DNA of 64,000 nt from Chlamydiota bacterium (lineage in GTDB: Bacteria; Chlamydiota; Chlamydiia; Chlamydiales; SM23-39), in contig JBCAXK010000001.1 of the NCBI GenBank assembly GCA_038534095.1, forward strand, positions 10,172 to 74,171. The letters run 5' to 3'. Positions 8,909-18,326 of this stretch are shown piece after piece (position 1 is the first letter of the stretch; each line of letters begins with the position of its first letter). A program made the position numbers and the translations under genes. The notes beneath the pieces are model-generated. The model saw nothing but the letters and a program-made list of their open reading frames with translations. It did not search any database and had not been told where the DNA came from.

Positions 8909-9394
8909 ATGGCTACAGTATCGTTTGAGGGGTTTTCACAAAAATTGAATAAATGGGATATTTATCCAGGCGTTTCTACTGTTTACTCGGGGCCTGTTCG
9001 GATACTTGTCGCCATAGCTCAGGTTGTTTCTGGGGTTGCTTTAGGCATTTTTTCCTGCGCTTTTGGATGGACCAATGGCGCTTCTTCATGGGGAAAGAAT
9101 GTCAGCGCAAATGCCCAAGAAACTTGGTGCGGAGCTTGTAACTTAGTAAGAGGCGTAGTCGCAACAGTTCCTGTTTTAGGCAACCTACTCATTTATCTAT
9201 ATGAAAACTCTCCGTTAGGACCTACCGTGTTAAGAAGAGATGCGAGTGGGCTATATACTTTACCTCCTGTTGATGTACCAGGATTCAAAAATATGGGAAC
9301 GATCACAGGAGAGGAACTCAACATCCGTATTGGTGATTTTCATATTGATACAAAAAATGGTATTGTTCCTCAGGGTTGGATCTTAATCGAGTAA
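8909..9394 (+). CDS. hypothetical membrane protein (161 aa), two hydrophobic segments
   Basis: GGAG lies 9 nt upstream of the ATG. The two TM-like segments are ILVAIAQVVSGVALGIFSCAFGW and LVRGVVATVPVLGNLLIYLY. No known motif. Confidence 0.5.
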   Translation: MATVSFEGFSQKLNKWDIYPGVSTVYSGPVRILVAIAQVVSGVALGIFSCAFGWTNGASSWGKNVSANAQETWCGACNLVRGVVATVPVLGNLLIYLYENSPLGPTVLRRDASGLYTLPPVDVPGFKNMGTITGEELNIRIGDFHIDTKNGIVPQGWILIE

Positions 9395-9793
9395 TTCGCT
9401 CAAAATCTAGAATCAAGATTACGCGCGCTATTTCGAACGTTTGCAAAAGTATTCTAAGCCCTTCTAAAACCGTTTGCAAAGGCAGTTTTTGTAACAGAGA
9501 TTGCTAATTTTTAACCACAAACCAAAGCGGCTCTGTTGGATTGCGTCCAAACGAAGCTAGAGCAAAAAAGGACCGATTTTTAGAAAAAACAGAATAGGTC
9601 ATCAGTGGTCATGTGAAAAAAGTTCTGCGCGCTAACTATGAAAAATCCTACGTGATTGATCGCTCTCTCGAAGCAAACCATCTGTAGATCAAAGAGAAAT
9701 AGGTCTCCATAATCTGTGAACGAAAGTAGGGCTTTATAGACATCTCCCTATGCTCGTCTTGCTCTCCACTTTTTTTGTCCTATTTGATAAGCT

Positions 9794-12025
9794 ATGTTAC
9801 TAAAGGCTCAAATAGGAAGATTTTTGGACAGTATTCAAGGCCATATAGAAACGATTGTTTTTCACGCAGAAGAAACTGGCTTCACCGTAGCAAGGTTGCA
9901 TTCTGAAGAACAAAAAAATCTTGTAACGATCATCGGACCTATGCCCAATGCGAGGGCCGGACAGTACATCAAGGCGCAAGGCAATTGGCAAACCCATCCG
10001 CAACATGGGAAACAATTCTCATTGCAGTCTTTTGAAACCGTTCAACCCTCCACAACTTTAGGGATACAAAAATACCTAGAATCGGGGCTTATACAAGGAA
10101 TCGGACCAGTCTACGCAGAAAAAATTGTTGCGAGGTTTGGTGAAACTACTCTCGATATCATTCAAAATGCACCCCAAAGGTTAAGAGAGATCCCTGGACT
10201 TGGAGAAAAGCGGCTGAGGCAAATCATCGCGTCTTGGGCTGAGCAGCGCTCGATTCGGGATGTGATGATCTTTTTACAAGGTCTTCACATCACCCCCACC
10301 TACGCGCAAAAAATTTACCGGGTGTATAAAGAACAAAGCATTGAAGTTGTGAAAAACAGGCCTTATGACCTTGCAAAAGAGATCTTTGGTATTGGCTTCA
10401 AAATGGCTGATGCGATTGCTCTTCGTGTGGGCTTAAAAAAAGACTCTTTAGAACGGAAGGTAGCCGGTCTCTGCTACTTCCTTTGGGATAGCGGCACCAA
10501 AGGGCATACCTGTTTGCCCTTAGCGCTACTCTGCAAAGAGACAGCCCGCATGCTTGATGTGGAAGAGGCGCAGATGGAAGAGGCGATCTCTGCAGCAAAA
10601 GAACAGCGATTGATTGTTGTAGAAGAAAACACCAAGGATCCAGGCTTTTTGTACGTCTGGGCAAATACCTTTTATCGCACCGAACAAGCGATTGCGCAAG
10701 AGCTTTTTCGCGTAAAAAAAGCGCCCACTTCTTTAAGAACCCTCCATATTCTCAAAGCGATCGCTTGGGTAGAAAATGAGCTCTCTTTGCAGCTAGCTGA
10801 TGAGCAAAAACAGGCCGTAGAGTCTTGTCTTCAAGAAAAAATCCATATTGTGACAGGAGGCCCCGGTACGGGGAAAAGCACCATCATTAGCGCCATCATC
10901 ACAATTCTTGCTAAAATTACAAGCCGGATTGTTTTGGCCGCTCCTACAGGAAGAGCCGCGAAAAGGCTAACGCAAATCACAAGAAAAAAAGCGCTTACCA
11001 TTCATAGCCTTTTGGAGCCCGACTTCGCGTTAGGAGGATTCAAAAGAGGAAAAGCTGTTCCCTTAAAAGCGGACGTTCTCATCATTGATGAGGTCAGTAT
11101 GGTCGACACGCAGCTCATGCTATCTCTTCTGTACGCGATTCCCGATCATACAATCGTCTTACTAATAGGAGATGTGGATCAGTTACCTTCGGTTGGGCCA
11201 GGCGCTGTCCTTCAAGATCTGATTCAATCGGGCGTGATCAGCACAACAAAGTTACAAAAAATCTTCCGCCAAGCAGCTGGCTCAAAAATTGTGGTCAATG
11301 CGCACAAAATCAACCATGGAGAATTTCCTGACTTAGGACAGTTCGCCTGGAGCGATTTTCATTTTTACCCAAAAGAGCATACCGAAGATATTTTGTCAGA
11401 AGTGCTCCGCCTGGTGCAGAAAGAGATTCCTGAGAAAAAAAAGTTGCACCCCGTTTGGGATATCCAAGTGCTCTCTCCCATGAAAAAAGGGCCTATAGGA
11501 ACCTTGGCACTCAACGCAGCGTTGCAAAATGCGCTCAATCCCGGAAAAAGCACCCTTATGCAAGGAGGCAAGCAACTGCGCATGCATGATAAGGTGATGC
11601 AGATCAAAAACAACTACCAAAAAAATGTTTACAATGGTGACCTAGGAGAAATCATCGAGATCGCTACGCAGAACTCTTGCGTAAAAATTGCTTTTGATGA
11701 GGGGAAGATTGTGGAGTATGATTTTTCTGAATTAGACGAATTGCAACTAGCTTACGCCGTATCGATTCATAAATCCCAAGGAAGCGAATTCCCTTGTGTC
11801 GTGATCCCGGTCCATACTGCCCATTACGCTCTTTTATGGAGAAACCTTCTCTATACAGCCGTTACAAGAGGAAAGCGGTTTGTTGTCCTTGTTGGACAAA
11901 AAAAAGCGGTAGGCATTGCTATCGGGAACAACCAAGCTTTTTGTAGGAACACAGGCTTAGCTATGGCGTTAAAAACGTGCGTTCCTCTAGAAGATCCTAA
12001 ATTACCTTTGCACTTCTCTAACTAA
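9794..12025 (+). CDS. recD2: RecD2-type SF1B DNA helicase
   Basis: Walker A GGPGTGKST, DEVSMVD, GDVDQLPSVGPG, C-terminal AVSIHKSQGSEF and YTAVTRGK. The N-terminal region is helix-hairpin-helix-like (GIGPVYAEKIV). Confidence 0.9.
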   Translation: MLLKAQIGRFLDSIQGHIETIVFHAEETGFTVARLHSEEQKNLVTIIGPMPNARAGQYIKAQGNWQTHPQHGKQFSLQSFETVQPSTTLGIQKYLESGLIQGIGPVYAEKIVARFGETTLDIIQNAPQRLREIPGLGEKRLRQIIASWAEQRSIRDVMIFLQGLHITPTYAQKIYRVYKEQSIEVVKNRPYDLAKEIFGIGFKMADAIALRVGLKKDSLERKVAGLCYFLWDSGTKGHTCLPLALLCKETARMLDVEEAQMEEAISAAKEQRLIVVEENTKDPGFLYVWANTFYRTEQAIAQELFRVKKAPTSLRTLHILKAIAWVENELSLQLADEQKQAVESCLQEKIHIVTGGPGTGKSTIISAIITILAKITSRIVLAAPTGRAAKRLTQITRKKALTIHSLLEPDFALGGFKRGKAVPLKADVLIIDEVSMVDTQLMLSLLYAIPDHTIVLLIGDVDQLPSVGPGAVLQDLIQSGVISTTKLQKIFRQAAGSKIVVNAHKINHGEFPDLGQFAWSDFHFYPKEHTEDILSEVLRLVQKEIPEKKKLHPVWDIQVLSPMKKGPIGTLALNAALQNALNPGKSTLMQGGKQLRMHDKVMQIKNNYQKNVYNGDLGEIIEIATQNSCVKIAFDEGKIVEYDFSELDELQLAYAVSIHKSQGSEFPCVVIPVHTAHYALLWRNLLYTAVTRGKRFVVLVGQKKAVGIAIGNNQAFCRNTGLAMALKTCVPLEDPKLPLHFSN

Positions 12026-14051
12026 CAACAGATCCTGCCGAAGCTTTTTCAACAGTCGGAATTTCTAACGCCTCTTTTTCTCCCGCAGCGAGAATCATCC
12101 CTTCGCTCAAAATGCCCATGATTTTTCTAGGCGCTAAATTGGCTAAGAATAACACATGTTTCCCAAGAAGCTCTTCTGGGGAAAACCGTTCAGCAAGCCC
12201 AGAAACGACTTGTCTTTGAGCAAAACCGAGATCGACCTGAATGCAAAGAAGCTTACGACTTTTTTTCACCTTTTCTGCGCTGATGATCTTAGCTACCCGA
12301 AGATCAAGAGCCGAGAATTGATCAAATTCAATCGTTTCTTTTCCAGGGACAGGCGCATTTTCTACCGAAGAAGCAAGCATTTTTTCCTCATATTCTATCG
12401 ATTCATCTTCAATTTTTTCAAAAAGGACCTCAGGGTCCTCAAGAACTGTTCCAAATGGAAGCTCCTCTTCTAGAGTATTTTCCCATAACTGCTGCTCAAT
12501 AGGACGAGAAAACCCAAGCATCTTCCAAAGGCGGGAAGAGGTATTTGGAATGATTGGAAAGGCAGCAACAGCCAGGAGTTTCATACAAAAAAAACAGGCA
12601 AACAGCACCTCATTGACAGCGCTTACGTTCCCCTCTTTCACAAGCTTCCAAGGCGCATTCGCATTAAAAAACGCGTTGCCTAACGAGGCCATTTTCATGA
12701 GGCAACTACACGCCTTTCTCACCTGAAATTGATCGTAACTCTGCCCAATTGTTTCCCAGCAAGAGCGCAGATTGTTCATGAACTCTTCTCCCCCCTCACC
12801 AAGGTGGGAAAACGCTGTAGAAGAGCCTTTTGGCAAAGTAGCGTCCCCATACCGTTTAGCAAATACGAACACTCTATGCACAAAATTCCCAAATTTCCCT
12901 AACAGATCTGCGTTCGAGCTAGTTTGAAAATCTTTCCAAATGAAATCAGCGTCGGCCGTTTCTGGCGCGTTCGCTGCTAAATAATAGCGTGCCTGGTCAG
13001 CGCTGTATTTTGTAAAAAACTGTTCAAGATCGATCGAATGCCCATCAGACTTGGAGAATTTTTTCCCTTCGAGTTGTAGAAACTCATTGGCAGGAAGCTC
13101 ATCGACGAGTTTATAAGGCGCATTTTGTCCCATGACCATGGCAGGAAAAAAGACCGAGTGAAAAGGAATGTTATCTTTTCCAATAAATTGGACAAAAGAG
13201 GTGTTAGGATCGAGCCAGAAGTCTTTCCAAAGGTCTGGGAATCCCTGTTTTTGCGACCAATCCTTTGCCGCTGAAATGTACCCAATCGGCGCATCAAACC
13301 AGACGTAGAATACTTTTTTCGAACCATCGTCCAAGGTGATCGGAATTCCCCAAGTGGCGTCTCTTGTGATCGCTCTTGGTTTTAGATCTTCGATGTATTT
13401 TTCAGAAAAATTGCGTACGTTTTCTTTCCAATGTTTTTCTGCGATCCACTTTTTCAAAGGCTCTTTAAACTGGTCAAAGCGGAGGTAACAGTGCCGGCTT
13501 TTTTTCAGAGAAAGGGGGGATCCAGTCATTTTAGAGCGGGGGTTCTTTAGATCGAGCGATTCGTAATTTGCCCCGCAAGACGTGCACTCATCTCCTCTAG
13601 CTTCGGTAAATCCGCATCTGGGGCAGGTACCAACCACATACCTGTCTGCTAAAAATTTCCCCTCTTTTTCCGAGTAGAGATGTAACTCCTCTTTTTCCAT
13701 GAGAAAGCCATTTTTTTTCAGATCCTGAAAAAAGGCGAGGACGGTTTCTTCGTGCCCCTCCCAGGTAGTGCGAGAATAGTGATCGAAAGAAAAAGAGAGC
13801 TTGTGAAAGAGGGCCTCATTGAGATTGTGATAAAGATCTACATGCTCTTTAGGTGTTTTCCCCGCTTTTTCTGCCGATAACGTAATCGGCATGCCATATT
13901 CATCAGAGCCAGATAAAAAGAGAACACGGTCCCCTTGCAATCTGCGGTAACGCGCGTAAATATCTGCAGGAAGATAGGCTCCTGCAATATGCCCAAAATG
14001 GGCTGGGCCATTTGCGTATAAAAGAGCTGATGTAATCAGCGTCTTTTTCAT
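12018..14051 (-). CDS. metG: methionyl-tRNA synthetase with C-terminal tRNA-binding (Trbp111/EMAP-like) domain
   Basis: YANGPAHFGHIAG (HIGH region), a zinc knuckle CPRCG...CTSCG, KFSKS (KMSKS), and a C-terminal LDLRVAKIISAEKV...LLCIQVDLG. Confidence 0.95.
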   Translation of the reverse strand: MKKTLITSALLYANGPAHFGHIAGAYLPADIYARYRRLQGDRVLFLSGSDEYGMPITLSAEKAGKTPKEHVDLYHNLNEALFHKLSFSFDHYSRTTWEGHEETVLAFFQDLKKNGFLMEKEELHLYSEKEGKFLADRYVVGTCPRCGFTEARGDECTSCGANYESLDLKNPRSKMTGSPLSLKKSRHCYLRFDQFKEPLKKWIAEKHWKENVRNFSEKYIEDLKPRAITRDATWGIPITLDDGSKKVFYVWFDAPIGYISAAKDWSQKQGFPDLWKDFWLDPNTSFVQFIGKDNIPFHSVFFPAMVMGQNAPYKLVDELPANEFLQLEGKKFSKSDGHSIDLEQFFTKYSADQARYYLAANAPETADADFIWKDFQTSSNADLLGKFGNFVHRVFVFAKRYGDATLPKGSSTAFSHLGEGGEEFMNNLRSCWETIGQSYDQFQVRKACSCLMKMASLGNAFFNANAPWKLVKEGNVSAVNEVLFACFFCMKLLAVAAFPIIPNTSSRLWKMLGFSRPIEQQLWENTLEEELPFGTVLEDPEVLFEKIEDESIEYEEKMLASSVENAPVPGKETIEFDQFSALDLRVAKIISAEKVKKSRKLLCIQVDLGFAQRQVVSGLAERFSPEELLGKHVLFLANLAPRKIMGILSEGMILAAGEKEALEIPTVEKASAGSVVS

Positions 14052-14254
14052 TACGCGATGCCTACCTGATCTTTTTCACTTTGTTCGGTAACGCTTTGTG
14101 CTTGTTTTTGAATCTCTGCAAGAAGGCTATCGAGGTTGGAGTACTTGCCAGCCATCACCGTATCTCTTGCGATATGAATCGCGTAGTTGGTGAGAAGGTA
14201 GTTACCTTTGAAAATTTTTTTTAACTGCTCATTTGTCAGATGTTTTTTCGCCAT
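14051..14254 (-). CDS. small conserved protein; possible RNA polymerase omega subunit, judged by position
   Basis: This 67-aa ORF lies directly downstream of gmk, where rpoZ sits in the common yicC-gmk-rpoZ arrangement. It forms a TAATG overlap with the metG start. Similarity to omega is weak (...NYLLTNYAIHIARD...). Confidence 0.45.
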   Translation of the reverse strand: MAKKHLTNEQLKKIFKGNYLLTNYAIHIARDTVMAGKYSNLDSLLAEIQKQAQSVTEQSEKDQVGIA

Positions 14255-14260
14255 ACTGGT

Positions 14261-14845
14261 TTATGTCCTCAAATATTTTGTTTTATGCTCTTCGGCTTGC
14301 ACAATACTTTTTAAAATGGTATATGACTCTTCCAAAACGTCATTGATAATATAATAATCGTAATAAGGGAGCATCTCAAGTTCTTTTTTCGCCCTATCAA
14401 GGCGTATTTTGATTTCTTCGTCCGTCTCGGTGTTTCTACTAGTAAGACGTCGTTCTAGCTCTTTATAGGAGGGGGGAAGTAAAAACAGCGTTACGCAGGC
14501 AATTTCTTTCATAAGACGAAGGGCTCCTTCTACATCAATTACAAAGATCGTGTGCATCCCTTTTGCTCGATTGCTTTCTAGCTGAGATTTACTCGTAGCA
14601 TAATGACCACTTGTATGGGTAATGCTTTCTAAAAAATCGTCTTGCTTTTGGAAAAACTCGTTTTCCTGTAGAAACCAGTAGTCATGCCCCTGCTTTTCCC
14701 CTTCACGAGGCTTTCTCGTTGTGTAGGAGACATGCTTCCTCATCATGGGGTGTTCTTCCAAAAGAAGATTGACCAAGGTGGTTTTTCCCGTCCCGGCAGG
14801 AGCGCTTATGATGAAGGATAGAGGGGGCACACCTTTACTGAACAT
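14261..14845 (-). CDS. gmk: guanylate kinase
   Basis: P-loop SAPAGTGKTTL, plus YTTRKPREGE..G.DYWF. Confidence 0.9.
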   Translation of the reverse strand: MFSKGVPPLSFIISAPAGTGKTTLVNLLLEEHPMMRKHVSYTTRKPREGEKQGHDYWFLQENEFFQKQDDFLESITHTSGHYATSKSQLESNRAKGMHTIFVIDVEGALRLMKEIACVTLFLLPPSYKELERRLTSRNTETDEEIKIRLDRAKKELEMLPYYDYYIINDVLEESYTILKSIVQAEEHKTKYLRT

Positions 14846-15707
14846 TTTGTATCTGCTCTTTGATTCTTTCTAACTCTGCCTTGATCACAAGAGCATTTTT
14901 TAATGTGATCTGATCAGAAGATTTCACAGAAGCTGTATGAATTTCTCGGGACATCTCCCTAAGGAGAAATTCCATTTCTTTACCTACGCTCTTCTTAGAG
15001 GAAAAGAGCAAACTTTCTGTCTCTTCTAAATGGGAATAGAGCCTGGTAATTTCTTCTTGAATATCCATTTTGGTCAGGTAAAGAGCAGCCTCTCTTCGAA
15101 GGCGCTCTTCTTGATCACTTAAGTGGGCAAATTCCTCAAGTTTTTTCTCCAGCTTACTGCGCAGGTTTTTTTCAATAATAGGAGATCTTTTCACAATTTT
15201 TTCTAACGATTTTTCGATCATTTTTAGCGATTTGAGCAGGTCTTTTTTCAATCTAACCCCCTCTTTTTCCCTCATAGAAATCAGCGCTTTTAGCGCGCTT
15301 TGCGTCAGTTGCGTTAAGGTTTTTTCCCACTCTTTTCCTGTGTAAGAGGATTGCAATCCCGATTTTTCAATCTGTTCCAGTAGAAAAGGCAGCGTGATTT
15401 CCTCTTTAGAAACTCCAAGAGCGCTCGCCACATGCTCCCATTGGTGTTTCCAATGCTTTAAGCTATGAAGGTCTTCTTCTGATAATCCGTTATATCCCTC
15501 GACGCTAAAGAAAAAGCGCGCGGTCACTTGTCCCCTTTCAAGACCTTTTTGTAGAATTTTTCTTACAAGCACTTCAAACGAAGAGAGTTCTTTTGGCAGG
15601 CTGATGACAATATCTAAATGCTTTCGGTTCACAGATTGTAGTTCTACAACAAGCAGGCCCTTTTCCACCGTAGCATCTGCCCTTCCAAAACCTGTCATAC
15701 TATACAT
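14835..15707 (-). CDS. yicC: YicC-family stress-induced protein / endoribonuclease
   Basis: N-terminal MTGFGRA, a SVNRKHLD-type motif, and C-terminal EIHTASVKS...ELERIKEQIQNV. This is the typical YicC_N plus DUF1732 layout. Confidence 0.85.
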   Translation of the reverse strand: MYSMTGFGRADATVEKGLLVVELQSVNRKHLDIVISLPKELSSFEVLVRKILQKGLERGQVTARFFFSVEGYNGLSEEDLHSLKHWKHQWEHVASALGVSKEEITLPFLLEQIEKSGLQSSYTGKEWEKTLTQLTQSALKALISMREKEGVRLKKDLLKSLKMIEKSLEKIVKRSPIIEKNLRSKLEKKLEEFAHLSDQEERLRREAALYLTKMDIQEEITRLYSHLEETESLLFSSKKSVGKEMEFLLREMSREIHTASVKSSDQITLKNALVIKAELERIKEQIQNVQ

Positions 15708-16114
15708 GAACGACCCGCTCCATAGACCCTATTCTTACAGAAATCCTTGAAAAAACATACGAAATTCTCACTACTGTCAAGCGCGTGAGCAATAAAGACT
15801 AGAGTAAGCTCGGAAATTCCCTCTCTTCCCTTATTTTGCTAAAAAACACCTCTCAAATTCCCTATTTCTATTCTACAAAGAAAAGACTCTTACTAAGCCT
15901 AATCCATAAGCCATCTCTTTTGCTTCAAGAAGAAGCGTTCGACTAACCTAGAGAGATCCCACTTTACCCAAAGCAAAAATTCCTTTCCCTAAAAATAGGT
16001 TACTTTTTAGAAAAACAGACTAATACCATTCCTAAAGAAAATTTATTAAAAATAAATCATACATATTGTAAATAGAAAGAATAGCCGAATACTTTAGTAA
16101 AAGGAGCATATCTG

Positions 16115-16264
16115 ATGAAAAAGAAACCTTGGACATTTTTTACAAAAATTCCAAAAGAGGGATGGGGCGTAGGAATGAAAAGATCTTCCCCTTATGAAAA
16201 GAAGAAAAAACCGTTAAAAGACATTGTCAAAAAGGTTCTGGAAAAAAAACTTCCTACTTCATGA
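16115..16264 (+). CDS. unannotated small basic ORF (49 aa)
   Basis: Below the ORF-track size cut-off. AAGGAG lies 8 nt upstream of the ATG. The translation is MKKKPWTFFTKIPKEGWGVGMKRSSPYEKKKKPLKDIVKKVLEKKLPTS*. The 3' end overlaps the rnhB 3' end by 11 nt. Confidence 0.35.
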   Translation: MKKKPWTFFTKIPKEGWGVGMKRSSPYEKKKKPLKDIVKKVLEKKLPTS

Positions 16265-16898
16265 TTTTTTGAATGGGCGCAAAAGAAGTTCTATGCACCC
16301 CTGGAACAATCCCACTCATCTCAAGAGCTTCTTTGTGCTTTTTTGTCCCATAACCTTTGTGCTCATCAAACCTGTACTCGGGAGCAAAATTGTGGATTTG
16401 TTCCATGATCCAGTCTCTTCTCACCTTTGCAAGAATAGACGCTGCTGCGATGAGAGCGCTTCTTTTATCCCCTCCAATCACCATTTCTTGGTGCACCGAT
16501 GAAGGCAGGCCATGAGGTGGGTGTTTTCCATCAATCAATAGGCAATCTGGAGGCGTAAGAAGCGTATCGCAAGCCCTTTTCATTGCTAGAAAAGAGGCTT
16601 GATGAACGCCCATTTGGTCAAGAGTTTGTACATCGACAAGACCTATACCGAATTCTACTTGAAATGAAGAGACAAGCTGAAGATAGATCGAGTATCTTTG
16701 TTTCTCGGTCAAAGATTTTGAATCGTTGATTTGAGGGAGATAGAAGGAAGCGGGAAAAAGACAGATAGAGGCAACTACAGGCCCAGCAAAAGGACCTCTA
16801 CCCACCTCGTCTATACCCGCTACCCTTTGAAATCCTTTACGTCGAAAGGTTTCATCAAATTGATACAGCGAAGAACGAGTTTCTTCGAAAGGCATCAA
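16254..16898 (-). CDS. rnhB: ribonuclease HII
   Basis: GIDEVGRGPFAGPVV, DSKSLT, and the HKGYGTKKH region. Confidence 0.9.
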   Translation of the reverse strand: MMPFEETRSSLYQFDETFRRKGFQRVAGIDEVGRGPFAGPVVASICLFPASFYLPQINDSKSLTEKQRYSIYLQLVSSFQVEFGIGLVDVQTLDQMGVHQASFLAMKRACDTLLTPPDCLLIDGKHPPHGLPSSVHQEMVIGGDKRSALIAAASILAKVRRDWIMEQIHNFAPEYRFDEHKGYGTKKHKEALEMSGIVPGVHRTSFAPIQKIMK

Positions 16899-17311
16899 GA
16901 TTCTGAAGAAGTTTCTTCAGAAGGAGCTGTTTCTTTTGGCTCTTCTTTTACCTGCTTAACAGGTTTTTTGAAAAGACGCTCTTTTACTTTCGCTTTCTTC
17001 CCCTTCTTACCTCGAAGGTGATAGAGTTTGGCTCTCTTGGTTTTCCCTGCGCGCACCACCTCAATCTTCTGGATTTTGGGGCTGTGCAATAGAAAGAGCT
17101 TTTCCATGCTTGATCCGTAGGCGTGCCGGTACACGCAAAAGGCTTCGGACAGACCGCTTCCTTGCTTACCAATCACAATCCCTTCAAAGACTTGGATTCT
17201 TTCTTTGTTCCCTTCAATGATTCGGATATGTACACGAACAGTATCGCCTACACAAAAGGAAGGGAGATCCTTTTTCAGGTGTTCCTGTTCTATTTCTTCA
17301 ATAATGCTCAC
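16895..17311 (-). CDS. rplS: 50S ribosomal protein L19 with Lys-rich C-terminal tail
   Basis: FCVGDTVRVHIRIIEGNKERIQVFEGIVI... and YRHAYGSSMEKLFLLHSPKIQKIEVV. An extra tail reads KKGKKAKVKERLFKKPVKQVKEEPKE.... Confidence 0.95.
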   Translation of the reverse strand: MSIIEEIEQEHLKKDLPSFCVGDTVRVHIRIIEGNKERIQVFEGIVIGKQGSGLSEAFCVYRHAYGSSMEKLFLLHSPKIQKIEVVRAGKTKRAKLYHLRGKKGKKAKVKERLFKKPVKQVKEEPKETAPSEETSSES

Positions 17312-17314
17312 TAG

Positions 17315-18007
17315 TTACTCCTTTGTTTCCCAAAGATCTGGGCGCATTTCCCGTAGTTTTTTTCGCCCTTGCTCTTCTCTCCATTTCTGGATGTTTGCTT
17401 GGTGACCGCTTGTCAATATTTCTGGGACAAGACTCCCAGAAACATCTTGCGGTCTTGTATATTGTGGCCCTTCAAATAAAGAAGGGGCTCCCTTAGAAAA
17501 TGAATCAAAATAGGGCCCTTCCTGATTACCCAAAACCCCTGGTATAAATCTTGCAATTGCTTCAAGTAACACAATCGCAGGGGCGCATCCACTGGGTAAA
17601 ATATAATCGCCTATGCTAATTTCCTCATCAATTTCCTGATCGATGATTCTCTGATCAACCCCCTCATAATGTCCTGCAAGCAAAATGAGGTGGTCTTCTT
17701 GAGCAAGCTCTTCACATTTTTTTGCTGTCAGCAATCTCCCCTGAGGAGATAAAAAAATGGTTTTTGCTTTCTCTGTTCGCACGCTACGAATTGCTCGGAT
17801 ACAAGGTTCTGCCATCAGAACCATTCCAGGGCCCCCTCCAAAGGGGCGATCATCGACCCGATCGTGTTTATTCGAAGCAAAATCCCGAATATCTACCTGA
17901 TCAATGGTCAAGATTCCCTTCTCCTGAGCTTTTTTGATGATACTTACAGAAAAAGGACCAGAAAAATATTCAGGAAAAAGAGAGAGGATATGGAAGCGCT
18001 TAGGCAT
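17315..18007 (-). CDS. trmD: tRNA (guanine37-N1)-methyltransferase
   Basis: MPKRFHILSLFPEYF, DDRPFGGGPGMV, and GHYEGVDQR. I moved the start to the ATG at 18007. The track ORF up to 18112 would overlap rpsP by more than 100 nt. Confidence 0.9.
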   Translation of the reverse strand: MPKRFHILSLFPEYFSGPFSVSIIKKAQEKGILTIDQVDIRDFASNKHDRVDDRPFGGGPGMVLMAEPCIRAIRSVRTEKAKTIFLSPQGRLLTAKKCEELAQEDHLILLAGHYEGVDQRIIDQEIDEEISIGDYILPSGCAPAIVLLEAIARFIPGVLGNQEGPYFDSFSKGAPSLFEGPQYTRPQDVSGSLVPEILTSGHQANIQKWREEQGRKKLREMRPDLWETKE

Positions 18008-18326
18008 CTTCCTTGATCTGCTTCTCTTTTTTTCGCTGTTTTGCGCGCAGTTTTGCTGCTTGCTTTTTCTGAGCAAGCTCTTGCAAGACCGCAGGAGAAC
18101 TTCTTTTGACAAGGGCTTTTGCCTTATCAGAAATTTCGGCTCCTTGCTCTAGCCAGCGAGCGACTTTTTCTTCGTAAATACAAACATCTTGCTCTAAAGC
18201 AGGGTTGTACCAACCTAAAAGATCGATGTACGCTCCATCTCTTGGAGCCGTTTTTTTCATCACAACAAGACGGTAGGTCTGTCTATTTCTATTTCCTTGT
18301 TGTCTTAAACGAATAATCAATGCCAT
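18000..18326 (-). CDS. rpsP: 30S ribosomal protein S16 with Lys-rich tail
   Basis: MALIIRLRQQGNRNRQTYRLVV...DGAYIDLLGWYNP, then the tail ...KKQAAKLRAKQRKKEKQIKEDA. Confidence 0.95.
   Translation of the reverse strand: MALIIRLRQQGNRNRQTYRLVVMKKTAPRDGAYIDLLGWYNPALEQDVCIYEEKVARWLEQGAEISDKAKALVKRSSPAVLQELAQKKQAAKLRAKQRKKEKQIKEDA

Noticed and set aside
18008-18112. N-terminal extensions of ORF-track calls: trmD to 18112, hflX to 59461, asd from 61560, dapB from 59960, the FAD oxidoreductase to 63664, rplM to 45267
   Set aside because: The extensions overlap the neighbouring conserved gene by tens to hundreds of nt. The conserved N-terminal motifs begin at internal ATG/GTG codons placed a few nt from the upstream stop.
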